In this document: piece after piece, positions 38,678 to 52,299 of the stretch
Position numbering within the stretch: position 1 is the stretch's first letter
How the letters are laid out: each line of letters begins with the position of its first letter
Translations under genes and position numbers: made by a program
NCBI GenBank assembly: GCA_026026165.1
Contig: JAPEUD010000063.1
Coordinates: forward strand, 62,001-126,000
Direction of reading: 5' to 3'
Length of the DNA: 64,000 nucleotides
Source: Sarea resinae
Lineage: Eukaryota
Notes under the pieces: model-generated
Told to the model about the DNA's origin: nothing
The model's database searches: none
The model's input: only the letters and a program-made list of their open reading frames with translations

Positions 38678-39641
38678 GACGAGTCGCTTCCGTAAGTGCA
38701 CTGAGCGTGCGATCGGAATGGAATGGACAACGAGATAGCAGTGCCTGGTGGGGTTTTGTGAGATGTTGAAGTGAGGTTGTGAATGAGGTTGAAGTTGAGT
38801 GGAAGGGGCCGATATTGCATCGACGACGTCCTTTCCATCTTCGCTTCTTTGCGTCTATTGAGAGCTGAGCACATGTCTACTTTCCGACGGGAGTAGGCAA
38901 TGAGACGACTATCTTATGAATCAAATAAGCGCCCAGCGAAGGGAGTGGCCCCTCACCCGCCCTCGACAACTCTGCCACATTGGATGGATGCCTAGAACTG
39001 TGGGGATCGGAAAGGCAGGATCAATATCTTTGTCGCGACGGATGAGTCCGGTATCCCGAGTAGCGGCGGCGATCGCTAATTACATCTACAAATACCTAAG
39101 GTAGTTCTCTTGGTCTGGATTGCACAACAAGTACTGCGTAATACCTTCCGCTACAAAGGTTGGATTGCTGGACTATCCACTATTAGGCCAATTAGGGGCC
39201 CTCCGACTGTGCAGAGAACCAGAACCTTATGGATTCCGTGTTGGATTGGAACCTTGAGGTCACCTCATCCACCGGGCCCATCCATGGATGCGATAGCCGG
39301 AGCGGTAGAACGTATATCCGAAGCCACACCGAAACCCTTTGCTGACTGCTCTGCACGGGCATAACACAGCAAATCCAGTATCGGATTTATATTTATACTG
39401 TCGAAAGATTTGATCTTCTTATCCCCCCTGATCCCGAGAGAGGGCAAATAAGGGCTTCCGGGATACATTTACCTTCATTTACCCAATCTAGACTCTCATC
39501 CGAAAATCCCTCGTATCGTAGCCCCAGCGTAAAAGACAGACGCTCACAAGAAACAGCAGAAAACGAAGGCGATGAACCAATCCTCCCAGAAGATGAGACG
39601 AGCAAGATACCACACCTCTCTAGATATATGAAACAACAGAC

Positions 39642-41373
39642 TTATAGCACGAACCTGAAATCGGGATGGTCGTCACCGATATTATCCAATCTCTCCTTCG
39701 GGTACTCATATCGATAGTCACGACCACCGGCATCTCGTTTCCGGTTCTCCCTGATCAGCAAGATCTCCGTGACCGTACACACGATACCGCAGAACAGCAA
39801 CATGGCGAGCGCGGCGCCGTAGCCGCGGGGGTATCGGGGCGCCTCTTTGGTCAGGAAGATCAGAGACCCGACGAAGCCGGAGCAATTGCCGAGGGAGATC
39901 TGAATGGCGCTCGAGAAGGCGCGCTTGTAGTGGCCGCCGACGTTGTTGGCGAGCCAGCCGATGGTGATGGGCTGCGTGATGTAGATGCCGCTGGTGACGA
40001 AGAAGACGGCCATGTATTTCACGCCCACGGGCAGCCCGCCCTGGGCGAGCAGGATGATGTAGCCGATGCTGGCGAAGACGACGCCGAAGAGCGTGAAGGC
40101 GTAGCGGTGGTGTAGACGGTCGGTGAAGTAGGCTGCGATCAATGACACGACCGTGCACACGATATAGATCGGGATCGTATGTACTTGGGACGCCGTGGCC
40201 GAGTAGCCAAACTCGCGCAGGATGGTCGGGATGAAGAACGAGGTCGCATAGCCTGATGTGCCGACGCCGAGGTACATTAGGCCGCTGTTGGATGGTTGCG
40301 TTAGCTTGCGATGCTGAGGAAAGGTGAAGTGAGGTGGATGAGGATGAGAAAGCGCCGGGGAGAGGACGTGGGAGCCCCAGGGAAGTAGATTTCAGTAGAA
40401 TGAGAACAAAAGAAAGGATTTGCAAGACGTACCCCGCCCAAATCTTCCAATCCGAAAGGATGAGCTTCAGCGCCGTACGATCCAGCCGATCCATACGCGC
40501 GATGCCTGTGTCGTTATTGATGCGCCGTTTCAGCGCCACACGATCGTCGGCCGATAGGAAATTCGCTGTCTCGGGCCAATCGACGATCAAGAATTTGGCG
40601 GCCATCGCCAGCGCGATGGTGCAGATGCCTTCGATGATGAAAATCCACCGCCAGCCCTCGTACCCGTCTGTGCCGTTCATATGCGCAATGGCAAATGCGA
40701 GGAGCTGGGATTTGGGTCAGTATCCGTGTTACATTGTAGTGCTTTGCGGTGGGCAAGGACGAATGGAGGTAGACATACACCTCCAAAGGCTCCGGCTAGT
40801 AAACTCGAAGCAAAGAAGACGGCAAATCGGCGTTGGAATTCCAGACGCTTGTAATACATGCTCAGCAGATATATGACGCCCGGTAAGAAGCCGGCTTCGA
40901 AGATCCCCATCAGGAATCGGCAGGCCACCAGGCCGCCGTAGGATTTCGTGAAGCCTTGACACATGGTGCAGATGCCTGGAGTCCTTCTTAGTGACGTCCA
41001 GTGGTAAGCAAGAAATGATAGACCTACCCCAGCAGAACATGATGCCGCTCAGCCACGTCGAGGGCGCGACCCTCTTCAAGATCAAATTGCTCGGCACCTC
41101 TAGCAGCACATAAGGAATAAAGAACACCAAAAGCGCAACATTGTACTCGTTCCCCTTCATGTGGAGACTCTTCTCGAGACCCTGAATGCGGGCATTGCCA
41201 ATGTTGACTCGGTCAAGGAAAGAAAACAGGTAAAGAATAAACAGGATTGGAATGATATGAAGATCGCACTTCCTCATGAGACGATCGTCGGCCGCCTTAT
41301 CTAACTCAGTCGACGCAGCATCCGAGGCATCGAGTTCCCCCGACGTGACCTGCAGCTCTTTCTCTTCGGCCAT
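39642..41373 (-). CDS. MFS transporter, allantoate/nicotinate permease (ACS) family
   Basis: DLHIIP..LDRVNIGNA, EVPSN, FEAGFLPG, GWRWIFIIEG, NNVGGHYKRA. Three introns. Confidence 0.9.
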
Positions 41374-42999
41374 GATATTGAGATTTGGCTGCCGTTGCTG
41401 CTGCCTGCTGGTATTCGCATAAATATCCTCTCCCATTGTCTACAGTGGATGATCCGAGAGTCTTAAGGATAATGCCATGTGGGAAACCGCAAAAGCCGGG
41501 TTATCTACCGCGGACCAAGCATGCGAGAGGCGAGGGCCAGAAGCAACAGTATGCATAGAAGAAACGCACGCGAGGCCGTTGAACCTGAAACCAAGCAGAA
41601 AGAGAGGTGGCTTCCGGGCGAAGATATGGCCCAGGGTTCGCAGATATCATCATGCTAGAGAAGTTCCGTGCTGTCTTCTATCTGCCACCTGCCTAATCAG
41701 CACCCAAGAGCGAGCCAAGCAAAGAACCCCTCCGTCCGGACATGGCCAAAGGAACATCCGTCGAAGAAAGATTTCGCATGCGTGACTGTCGTGCATGACT
41801 ATGCTGTGCTTTCCCCTTTCTGTCGGTGTCGCTGGTCCCAAATTTACCCTAGAGTACTCTGATCTTCGTATCGAGATGGCTTCATCTAGAGTAGTGGCGG
41901 TCGCGGTCTGTGCCGTGCCATTGAGATTGGTGGCGGGCGATTACCGTGCCGCAATAGTGGAGAGAACGGCCGATCCGTTGTATCCTGACGTGCTAAATGG
42001 TGGGAGAAGCTCGGATGAGTTTGAAGATCCGAACAGCTCAAACGCGCAGGGAGCAAGTTTCTCGACAGGGGTTCCCCGGAAGGTTACACGAAGACAACCA
42101 GCCGGCTCTTGGAGCCCTTGCTGTGGAGCTAGCCGCACCCGTACCTTATTTGGATGATTAGGGAGCATTTATCTCAAGTGAGGTGGCCGCTGCGCCGTAC
42201 AGATGCATCTCCCAACGACACAATCCCTTTTCGCTTGGATGCCCAGTTGAAGAGACTTCTTTGCGTATGGCGAAGCCCTCTCAGCGTAGGATCACGTTCC
42301 TTGCAATGTGATTGTAATCGTCTCCACAGATGCGTGATTGATCGATGCTTGGGGACACTCGAGCCGGGGCCTCGATTGGCATTACACGATAATTGAACCC
42401 CAAGCCCTTGGCTGAGATGACACGATTTTTAATTCCCCAAGAAAGCAGCCTTGATGGGATGATCGGCTAGCATTCCAAGGTCTCCTTGTCTCCCACTGGG
42501 TGACGAGCATGCCCACGCGGTGCCCAGAGGATGATATACGTTGAAGATTGGCGCGCTGGGGCGATCTGATTGGTTTTCCTTCGGCGTTCGTGATCGATCT
42601 TGGCCTGTGACGGTTCAGGTAAGGATATGCTTCAGGATGATCACCTTTCATTAACACTTTGTTTCTGCCTTCCCCTCCCAGGATGGATGACTGGTAGTCT
42701 GTTCTGCAAGTGTAGGATTCGCTCGTTCGGATGCGGCATGGCACGCAACGTCTCTGTCTCTCTCCTTCTCGCCCGCGCTGAAGATTCTTGGAAGATCAGC
42801 TTTGCACGTAACGGGTGTACGCATGTATGTGTCGAAAGTGGTAGTGTACGGCTCGAAGTATGAAGCTCGTTCTTCCATCCACAATCGCTGTGTGCTATAA
42901 AGTCAATCAGCAGTCTAGACTCTCGGCGAAAGGAGGTGACCTTGGTGATTGCGTTGGCGATGCCTCACGATTGATTCTGACTCAATAAACAACTACGCC

Positions 43000-44355
43000 A
43001 TGGCGCTCTCATACCTTGATGGCCTTCCCGATAATGCCAACGAAGTTCGCATTCCTTGTATCGTTTTCTCCGTCCTCGTTCCCTTCATTGTTGGCCTCCG
43101 CTTCTGGTGTCGACTCACGATTCCTAAGGGCCTGGGGTCTGACGACTGGATCATCTTCTTATCAACGGTATGACATGATGGGAGATGAGATGCTTCAAGG
43201 GATCTCTTGACTGATGGCATCTCCAGGTCGTGTCGGTCGTCGAATCTGTGCTTCTACTAGTCGGTGAGCTTGGTTCTCTTATGATTCCATGTGTGATGCT
43301 TACTCTCTCAGCTTGCGACTATGGATTCGGTCATCATATCAAAGACCTTCATCCTCACGATCGGCTTGTGTCATTGAAAGTAAGATGTTCCCCACCACAA
43401 CGTATTGACCTCAACTGATCACACCCGGAGCGAAGATGTTCTGGCTCTCGCAGGTCTTCTACAAAGTCTGCGTCGGGCTGACAAAATCTTCAATTTTACT
43501 GCTGTATCTGCGCTTCATGGTGGGGAAAGTCTATCGTGGACTCTGCTGGGGATTGTTCACCGTTGTCGTTTTGTACGCATTCGCCTCCATCCTGGCCACC
43601 ATCCTCGAATGCACACCCGTGCCCCGCGTCTACGACAAATCCATAGCGGGCACTTGCATCAACATCTCGGCCTTTTGGTATGCCAATGCTGTATACTCGA
43701 TCCTGACCGATGTCCTGATCCTCGCCTTGCCAATGCCCATGGTTTATGGGTTGAAGCTGCCGACGCGATCGAAGAATGCGCTGATGCTTGTGTTTGCTTT
43801 GGGAGGCTTGTGAGTAGTCCTCCAATCTCCCCGATTAGTTTTACAGAAATCTAATGCTCCTCCAGCGTTACGGTGACCAGTATCCTGCGAATGACCACGC
43901 TCAATATCACGTCCAAAACGCCAGACTCAACATGTTAGTCCCTTCACCCTGTTTGCGAAGACGGACACCGCTAACGAGAGAAAGGGACGCTCAAATCGAC
44001 AATGTGGACGGTGGTCGAACTCAACATCGGTATAATCTGCGCCTGCCTCCCTACCCTGCGTCCCATAATAGCAAAGATCGTTCCCTTCGTGCTAGGGCGG
44101 ACGACTGACTTCCTCTCCTCGTCCGGACACCGCAACTTCCAGCGATCCAGGGGCCACGACCGCGACGGCTGGGGCCGCATGGCCAAGCACAATGACTCGA
44201 GCTCGATTCCCATGGACTCGAGTTTCCGCAGCAGCCAGGACGGTATCATGGACAAGCAGACGGGCATCATGAAGACAACTGAGGTTAGCGTGCACTACGA
44301 CGAGGGCCACAGCTCCCACTCTGATCAGCTTGTCCATCCCTTTTCGGAGCCCTGA
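43000..44355 (+). CDS. PTH11-like integral membrane protein (no CFEM domain)
   Basis: LRFWCR..GLGSDDW, YGFGHH, KSSILLLYLR, CTP, TDVLILALPMP, SILR, VELNIGIICACLPTLRP. Multiple short introns. Confidence 0.88.
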
Positions 44356-45503
44356 GATGTATTTGGATCTTTCTATGGATAGTGGGCGTTAGAATCTTTG
44401 TCTGAGATTTCCTTTTTTTCTTGTTGGGTTGGGTACCCAACTTTGGGAGGAGATGATGGGGTTTTTTCACGAATGATACCGCTTACGATGGATGGGACAA
44501 CGGAATGATACGGTTCACATTTTCTCTACGTCCAGCACCAAAAGAAGGCTCTGGGGTCTCAAACGATGTAGAAGACATCCAAATTGAATTGGTTCATCTG
44601 AACAAAATTCAATGACACAAGTTGTAATAAGCTCCAATGCTACCTTATTGACCGCCCGTTTGTATGTGAAACAGACACAGTCTCATGATTCAGCCTCACA
44701 AACCAGTCATGTCCTTGCAGACAAGCATCTCAGGAACGACGTCGGATCAGCAGGGGAAGCCGTTACAGCACAGTACATAGTACGGTAGCGATATTCCAAA
44801 CTGCAAAGCAGCTGCAAGTCGCAACATGGGGGATGCTGATTCTGCATGTAGAAGTAGGCTCCGTTGCGAGTGATTCGAAACGCATCGGATATGATGCACA
44901 TAATACTAAATCCTTGTGTATAAAAGCCTGCAAGCGAGCGCCCCGGGTGGGCCGTGCAGGGGAATGATGTGATCGTAAGCGGCAGGTAGGAACCCTGCGT
45001 ATGGTACTGGGATTTGGACTGCATGGAGGCGCGAGGCGAGAGGAAGAGAGGAGAAGATCGTGGTATATACCTCAGGAAGCTGGTTATAATCGCTTGCTGT
45101 GTGGATTGATTCCCGGGGCGCGGAAGCGCGAGGAAGGGGCTCCGGTTCGAAAACGGTCTAGATTTTTGCGGCTGACTTTCCACCACCGGTACACGATACC
45201 CAACGACGTCGGGACCGTTTGGTTCGCCAACCGACTGCAACATATATCCTCAGAGATCATGATAATGCTTGCAATGCAACAAGCTGTGCGTTCACAGGAA
45301 TACGTTTTCAAGGAACTTATTGGTCACTGAGCTAAGTCCTTCAATGTGACTTGAAGGTGCCGTCCGCATGTAGATGCTCCAATATTATCAAGTAATTAAG
45401 CTCGACATCCTCGAAATTCAGATTCAAATAGCTTAGGCGAACACTGCAAGGTGATAGGAAATCCTACGCCAACCATCGAGCTTATTACCAGACGATAATG
45501 CCA

Positions 45504-46653
45504 TCAGTCACTGGTCAGGTCGATCGTGATGCCAATTTTTGATTTCTTGATGCGCTTAGGCGTAGAACCTTCGTCCTTCACAGCTTGATCCTCCTCTCTC
45601 TCTCGCTTTACAGTGTTGTGCCCAGCCAATGCACCTTCAAGTTGCTTGATTCGGTCCCGCATTTCTTTCATCTCCGCCTTTGACCTTGTCAGTGTTTAGA
45701 CTACCAATAACAGGCGCGGTCACTGAATCGTAGAACCTTCGCATCAGCCTGTTGGTCCTCAATATGCAAACTTCCCCTGCTGTCGCTATCCACTTTGACT
45801 TTGGGTTGCTGCTCGATTGATGATGGAGTCCTTGGAATGCATCCGAGGCTTTGGAGTATACCTGGAGGGAATGATCAGTCTCAATGCCTTCTTACGATCT
45901 AAACCCAAATACTTACGCCTTGATCTGTACCCAAATTTGAAGAGAAGTGGCTTTCCTGAATCTCCTTGGGCAGCGGTGAAGCGAACCCCAGAACGACTTT
46001 GCTCACTGATTATCTCACCACGTACAGTTTGTACGCAATGTTCTAGCGCCCATCCCTTGATCGATTCCTCTGCCACTTCTTTGACTGGAACAAATTCAGC
46101 GCCCTTAGCTGGGGCAACCGTACATCGTGGCTCTGACAAGCTCCCACGAGTGATTTCTACGGTAATGGTGCCAAGCTCGCGAAGACGCTGTGGTGTTATG
46201 ACAGTGGTGGTGGCTTCCTCTATAGTAGTCACTGTTATCTTTGACCAAAGCAAAAAAAGTGTAAAGGTAAAGCACAGGGGACTTACTGGTTTTCACCTGG
46301 CCAAATGTATATGCGCATTTCCTCCAAACTCTCTCGCTCTCAGAATATACACGTCGACTGCCGAAAGTCGTAGTGATTGGTAAAACTCGTTTCTTTACTG
46401 TCAAATAAGAGCGATCGTCGAAGTTCCCGTCAAACCAATAACGGATTCTGATAGTAGAACTTCCTTCGAAACTGAAAGGCGTTGCGAGTGTGAATTTCAT
46501 TGAGAACTTTTTGTCCGTGACAGCTTCGATGAATTTCTCAATACCCCGTGGTGTGTGGCCTAAGGAAGTCTCGTCAACATCAGGATCGTCATATTCCTGA
46601 AGCTCTTGACCTTCTGAACAGATCGTGACTGTAGCTCCTTCTAAGGTCGGCAT
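45504..46653 (-). CDS. Uncharacterised fungal protein, tandem paralogue 1 (DUF7918-like)
   Basis: MPTL..VTICSEG.EL.EY.DP, IEA, YWFDG, LGTITV, FKFGYRSR, LGCIPR and C-terminus ...TIDLTSD*. Three introns. Confidence 0.78.
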
Positions 46654-47552
46654 ATTGGCAGGTACTTTTGCTTTGTAAACGTTGATGTGTAGCTGTAAGG
46701 AAGCTGAGCTTAGGACTTAGGACTTGAAAGGCTGGAAATGGCCAGAGTCAGACGTTAAAACAATCAGGTAAGTAGTGCTCGCCCGTCGATGCGTGAGTGG
46801 TGGTGGGATGGTGAAGTGGTGAGCATGTAAGTGTTGGGTTGAAGTGTCAACACGATACCACTCACGGACGAAGATAAGGTATTGAAGTCTTGTAGACCGT
46901 CCTTGGTTCGCGGCGTACTAGGCCAGAGGAGTGGTACTTAGCGCAGGTACAGTGAGATTAGCGAAGTGAGCGAATCGCGAGCATGAGCGATTCAGATGAA
47001 GTGATACCTTAGTAGTAATCAAGACTTGCTGCGTTCCTACTACTCCGGAGTAAGGTATAGAGACATAAGGATCACTAATCTCAAAGCATATCTACCTACC
47101 TAGGTAGTAGTAAGGTGAAAGCGCGGATAAATTACATCAATAAAGTGGAACTATCAGTGCATTCTTCTACGTTTCTTTTACTGCGCTAAACCTCTAGTAT
47201 CAAAGGTGTTTTAGCTTATTGACAAAGAGATACACACTTTCAGTACAGAACAAAATCATGGACACAACATGTCACGATAAGTAGAGACTATGCAACAAAG
47301 TGCAGCATTGAATCCTGAGGATAGAGGAACGTATAGAAGGTGTCAAGCTGTGTGCATTGCAGAGAAGACGATGTTGCAGAGCTACTTCACGCTCTCTGAG
47401 CCGATTGGCCCAATATGACGCCGAGATACCGATTGCAGGAAAGCAACCTTTCTGGACTGAGCGAAGGTAGCCGCGTGAACTCCCTGAGATTAAGAGCTGA
47501 CATCAGGAAAAACCTCTTGAGTACATGCCAATACCGTTTTAGCTACCAAGAA

Positions 47553-48682
47553 TCAATCGCTCGTCAGATCAATCATCTCGCCTTCCTCAAAGACTCTGGC
47601 ACGCTTGACAGTAGAGCCTTCGATCTTGACATTTAGATCGCTGTCTCTCTCACGTTTGACTCCTCGGCGGACCCCCAACGCACTCTCGATTTTCGTTCTC
47701 CGTTTCTCGATCTCTGCTAATTCTGCCTGGTCGAGTGTTAGCCCCACAACCTTTCCATTTCGTATGTCCACTGACCTCCAATATCCTCGCCTCATCTCCT
47801 TGATCGTTTCCGATGCCACTTTGCGCTGTGATTGTGCGGGCAGAATCGGCTTCCGATGACTTCCTGGAATGTGAAGGGGATCGCGGTATACAGTGAAGCA
47901 TTTGCAGAGCCCCTAGCGTGAGTCTGAGCAGTCAGTCTATCAAATTGTGAAGAGCCGAAACTTACCCCTGGATCGATATGAAAACTTGAATACGAGCGGC
48001 AATCCCAACGGCCCAAGGGCTGGGTCGAGCGTATCAGTCCGAAGAGGAGGTACACCAACGATTTCATCCCTCACGCCTTGAATTGAATATTCTATAGCCT
48101 TTCCCTTCAAGGCCTTCTCGGAGACTTCCGTGGGTCCGAAGGTCGGGGCATCCATTGGCAGGCTGTGAAAGGTTGGAACTATGTTTCCTCGAATGATACA
48201 CACAGTAATGGTGCCAAGGCCTCTCAGGACCTCCGGCGGCGTCTCAGTGGCAGACTCCTCTGCTGTTGTATCACCATATTAGTAAGTCAAAGTTTCATGA
48301 CGTACCTACAGCCATGGGATGTTTACTTACCTATGTTCAATGAGCCAAAAGAGTACTTGCACTTTCTCCAGGTCTTATCGTTATTATGGTATTCTGTATG
48401 GCTATCAAAGTTCATAGTCTGGTGCTCTGGTACGATTATCAAACTATCCCCGCTGTTGTTTGAACCGTCGAACCAGTAATCGATAGTGGCCGCTTGACCA
48501 GGCCCAAATTTGAAACCTTTCAGAAGCTCGAGCTTGATAGAGAACTCGGCACCTGTATGAGCTTCTATGTATTTTTTCCTCTCTCGATCGGGATGGAGGC
48601 CTTGCATATCAGGGTCTTCATACTCGGGTAATTCTCTACCACCCGAGCAGATTGAGACCTTTGCGTGATGCAATGTCGGCAT
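47553..48682 (-). CDS. Uncharacterised fungal protein, tandem paralogue 2 (DUF7918-like)
   Basis: MPTLHHAKVSICSGGRELPEYEDP, YIEA, YWFDG, LGTITV, EVSEKALKGKA, FKFSYRSR, LHCIPR and ...MIDLTSD*. Introns at the same positions as copy 1 for the first two. Confidence 0.8.
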
Positions 48683-49320
48683 GGCTGTTGTAGCGTTGAT
48701 TGGCAGATGTTAAGGCGCCGAAGGAAGAAAGCCGAGTTGACAACCTTCACAATTTGCGAAGACGAGGGTGCGATATTTCAAGTAGCGAGGTAAGTGAAGG
48801 TCGTCTGATGGTTGAGTCTTGATTGGTTGTGGGTGATTCTGTTGTGACCTTATTAGGTGAGTGTGCCAGAGTGTCAATAAGTTACCACGCAAAGATGGGC
48901 TATCGAAGTGAAGTCGTTTGGACGCGTCGGCCACAAGAGTAATTTGACTCGTGTAATCGGATGAGAGGTAACAATCGTGTGTGAGTGATGATTAAGAAAG
49001 AGACCGGTCATCATGAATTTATGAATTGGTGTGTAGATGGTATTGACATCCGCTTTATTCTACTTGGGAAAAGTTATGTGCAAGGTCATTCACACATTTT
49101 AAAGAGTGAGGTAAGGTAGTAAGGAAGATTGCTTTGATTAAGTGTTGTTGTTGGGTCATCTCGCTGTGTGCTCTCCCAGGTAATTTCTTTATCTTATGGA
49201 CAAGATGACCAACTACAATCCTCACCCCGTCATCCGCCTACCCGCTCTCTCTTATATTACCCCTCAAAACCCAAACCCATGCTCGTTTCAAAGACGGAGC
49301 TGGAGCGTTTGAAAGGGGCA

Positions 49321-50435
49321 TCAATCGTCTGTCAAATCAATTATCTCTCCCGCTGTCCTTTCTGTCTTGACTCTCTTCGAAGCGGGGACTCTGACGGTCT
49401 TTCCGCTGCCCACCCTCTCACGTTTGATGCCTTGACGGGCCGCTAACGCCACCTTAAGCTTCTTCGCACGTTCCTCAATTTCTGCAATCTCTGTCTTCAG
49501 ATATGTCAGTGACTGAGATTTGCCATGGTCAACCAACTTACTTCGATCTTTTCGGTCTCATTGCCTTGTCCATTGAGAGCACCGATATTCTGGGTCTGAG
49601 CCGCTTCAATGGCTGGCTGTGGTGTCCTGAGTAGAAGACCGAGGTTTTGAAGGGTTTCTATAGGGTATAAGTGTCACTACCTTTTGCAAAAAGCTTGGCT
49701 CAGAGTGCTCACGCCTGGATCTGTATCGAAATTTGAACAGGATCGGTAAATCATGGGCCCTCTTAGACGGATGGAAGACGGTTGTATTCGAGGCCGGCTC
49801 ATTTTTGATCATGCCCCTTATACCTCGAACGAAGTGATCAACGAATTTCTCTGTGTCGGGAATGATGCCGGTTACTTTCGCTTCTTTAACCGTGGGCAGA
49901 TTGTTTTTATCAGGCATGCGGTAAGAATAAGTTCCCAGTTTTCCCCGAGATATTTTGACCGTAATCGTGCCTGGTGCCTTGAGGTGTAGTGGTCGACCCA
50001 AGTGTTCGCGACCTACCCCAGGAACCTGTTATCTCAAAGCTAGAGAATGAAAAGACCTTGAAGATTACCCTGCTGCACCTGACCGAAGGCGAATTTACAG
50101 TCCCTCCAAACCTGGTCGTCCAGAAAAAAGTTGACTTGACGATCGATATGTCTCTCAACCGGCAAAAGGTCTCCCTTGACGACTACAGAATCAGTGTGGC
50201 CAAAGTCGCCGTCGAACCAGTACTTGATCTGGACATCATCCTTGATTCGAGCTTTGGACCCTTTGGTAAAGTCGACCTTGAATGAAAATTCTGCCCCTGC
50301 AGAGGATTCGATATACACTACGGCTTCTCGAGCCTGGGGGTCAGCATTCTCTTGTTTGAACCCAGGGTCCTCGAACTCTTCGAGGTCTTTTCCCCCGGAA
50401 CAGATTGTGACCTTGACATTTCGCAAAGTCGGCAT
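49321..50435 (-). pseudogene. Tandem paralogue 3 (DUF7918-like), apparently frameshifted in exon 2
   Basis: MPTLRNVKVTICSGG, YWFDG, GTITV, FKFRYRSR, ...IIDLTDD*. With the orthologous splice sites, exon 2 goes out of frame just before GTITV (about 49980). Confidence 0.6.
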
Positions 50436-52299
50436 GATGGCTGTGGTGGCAACGAAGACTGAAAGTTGGCTCGATCAAAGATGTTGATTGCAGACAGTGG
50501 GAATGTACGAGTGTGGATTGGAAGAATTGTGTGCCTCGGCAGCGGTAGAGACAGAGTGAGTAAAGTGAGAACGAAAGATGCAACCATTCACAGGGACGAT
50601 TTGCCTGAGCTCAAGTTGTTGGGATGCTCAAGAATCGTGAGATGGCTTAGATGGCAAAATCGGACTAGACAGCCCTGAGAGGACTTCAGTTGCTACGTGA
50701 ATGTGAGGCTATGCATGATTCCAGGTCCTTTCACTCCAATAGTTGATGACTTTGTCATGTTGTTGAACAATGCCTGGTGAATGATCTAAGGAGATTCACC
50801 TTAGCAAAAAAGTACTGAAATAAGTAATGTCCTCAATGATCAACATGCACACCGAATCCTGCGACTTTCTATTCTCCTTCGTCTAATGCGGCCATACAAT
50901 ATCCATGCCTTCTCCTTATGTTGATCTCGTCTTTGTCTCTATAAGAGTATACAGTCATTTGCCCTTCGCAATCCTTGTGCAGTAAACGCTCATTAGAAGG
51001 CTTGAGGAATGCGTACTGGATGTCTGGCTTATCTCCCACGAAGATCAAGGGTCTCACTCGGTGAGGACTCCATGTGCTCGGCTTGGGACCGGCTTGAAGG
51101 CACCTATAGTCGCGTTTACGCACTGATGACAGAAAGATGGTCGGTGGAGAGGCACTGGCTGCATTTACACTGCCATCCATATCTCTGCGGTGGTGAATTA
51201 ACAATCATCTGGCGGCCGCTGTTTGAGAAATACTAAATGTATAGAGAGATATTGGTCGTGGTCTTCTGGTAGGTAGGTAACTTTCAAATGAGGATTTGAC
51301 GTCGATAAGTACGTTATCGCATCCCCTCTTAACCACGACGCACATCGAAAACATTACTACACTGGCTTAGTCAGTGTCTTCTCTAACCCATCTAGCTACG
51401 ATGAGCGCCCTAAAAGGCTCCCCTAGATTCATTGAGCGAATATCTGCTCTTAAGCAAACAGCGGTAATAGACAAGGAGCGCCGACAGCAGCTAGATACAA
51501 TTCAACAAAGAAGCGTATCTGCACACGCAGAGATAGCAGCCGCGCTTCAAACGCTATCGTTCGCATCCGACTATCTCGCAAAGAAAATCACATCACTAGA
51601 AACAGAATCAGAATACGCCGACAATCACCGGATAGAGCTCTAAGAGGCTGTGCAGGAGCAGAGATGCTCTGAGGGTACTGAAAATCGATCTGCGATAATC
51701 ATTCACTTCTTCAGCGTCCTCGAACTGTTACGTCTGCCTCTCTTCAACAGATAAACAAGCCTCTACAATCAGCATATACCTTTTCCTAGTTCTCTAAGTG
51801 CTAGTGACTTAGCTGTTTGTGTTTGCTTTCACTTTCTTCTCTACTACACTTTCTGTTCCTACATTACTAACTTATCTATTTCGGCTGATACTAGCAGTCA
51901 GGGACCCTTAGTCCTTGACTGCACCAGGTTATCGACATAAGGCCAGCATCATCTGGCAAGTCGTGATCTTGCGGATTAGTTATGAAGTCATGATTTTCTG
52001 ACGACACAATTAACGCATACGCCTAATCACAATTATTAACACTCATTCAACGACATTTTAGTATCGACGGTCTGATTGCTCTCTATCTTATAGAAAACAA
52101 GTCTTTCCTTCTATATGACTAGGACTAGAGGCCTTAAGTTATTTAAAGATATAACTCTCTAACACCATTAGAGTTTCTATTCTAGGACCTCTTACATAAG
52201 TTTCTTTTTGAGAAATAAAAGAATCTATTTAACGACAGGCTAAGTCTAGAGAAGAGAGGATAAGGAAGCTGTTTCTAGCTTCATAATAATTAAATATAT

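Noticed and set aside
44707..45330. Overlapping 178-aa and 109-aa ORFs
   Set aside because: No family signal; a decayed gene cannot be excluded but is unsupported.
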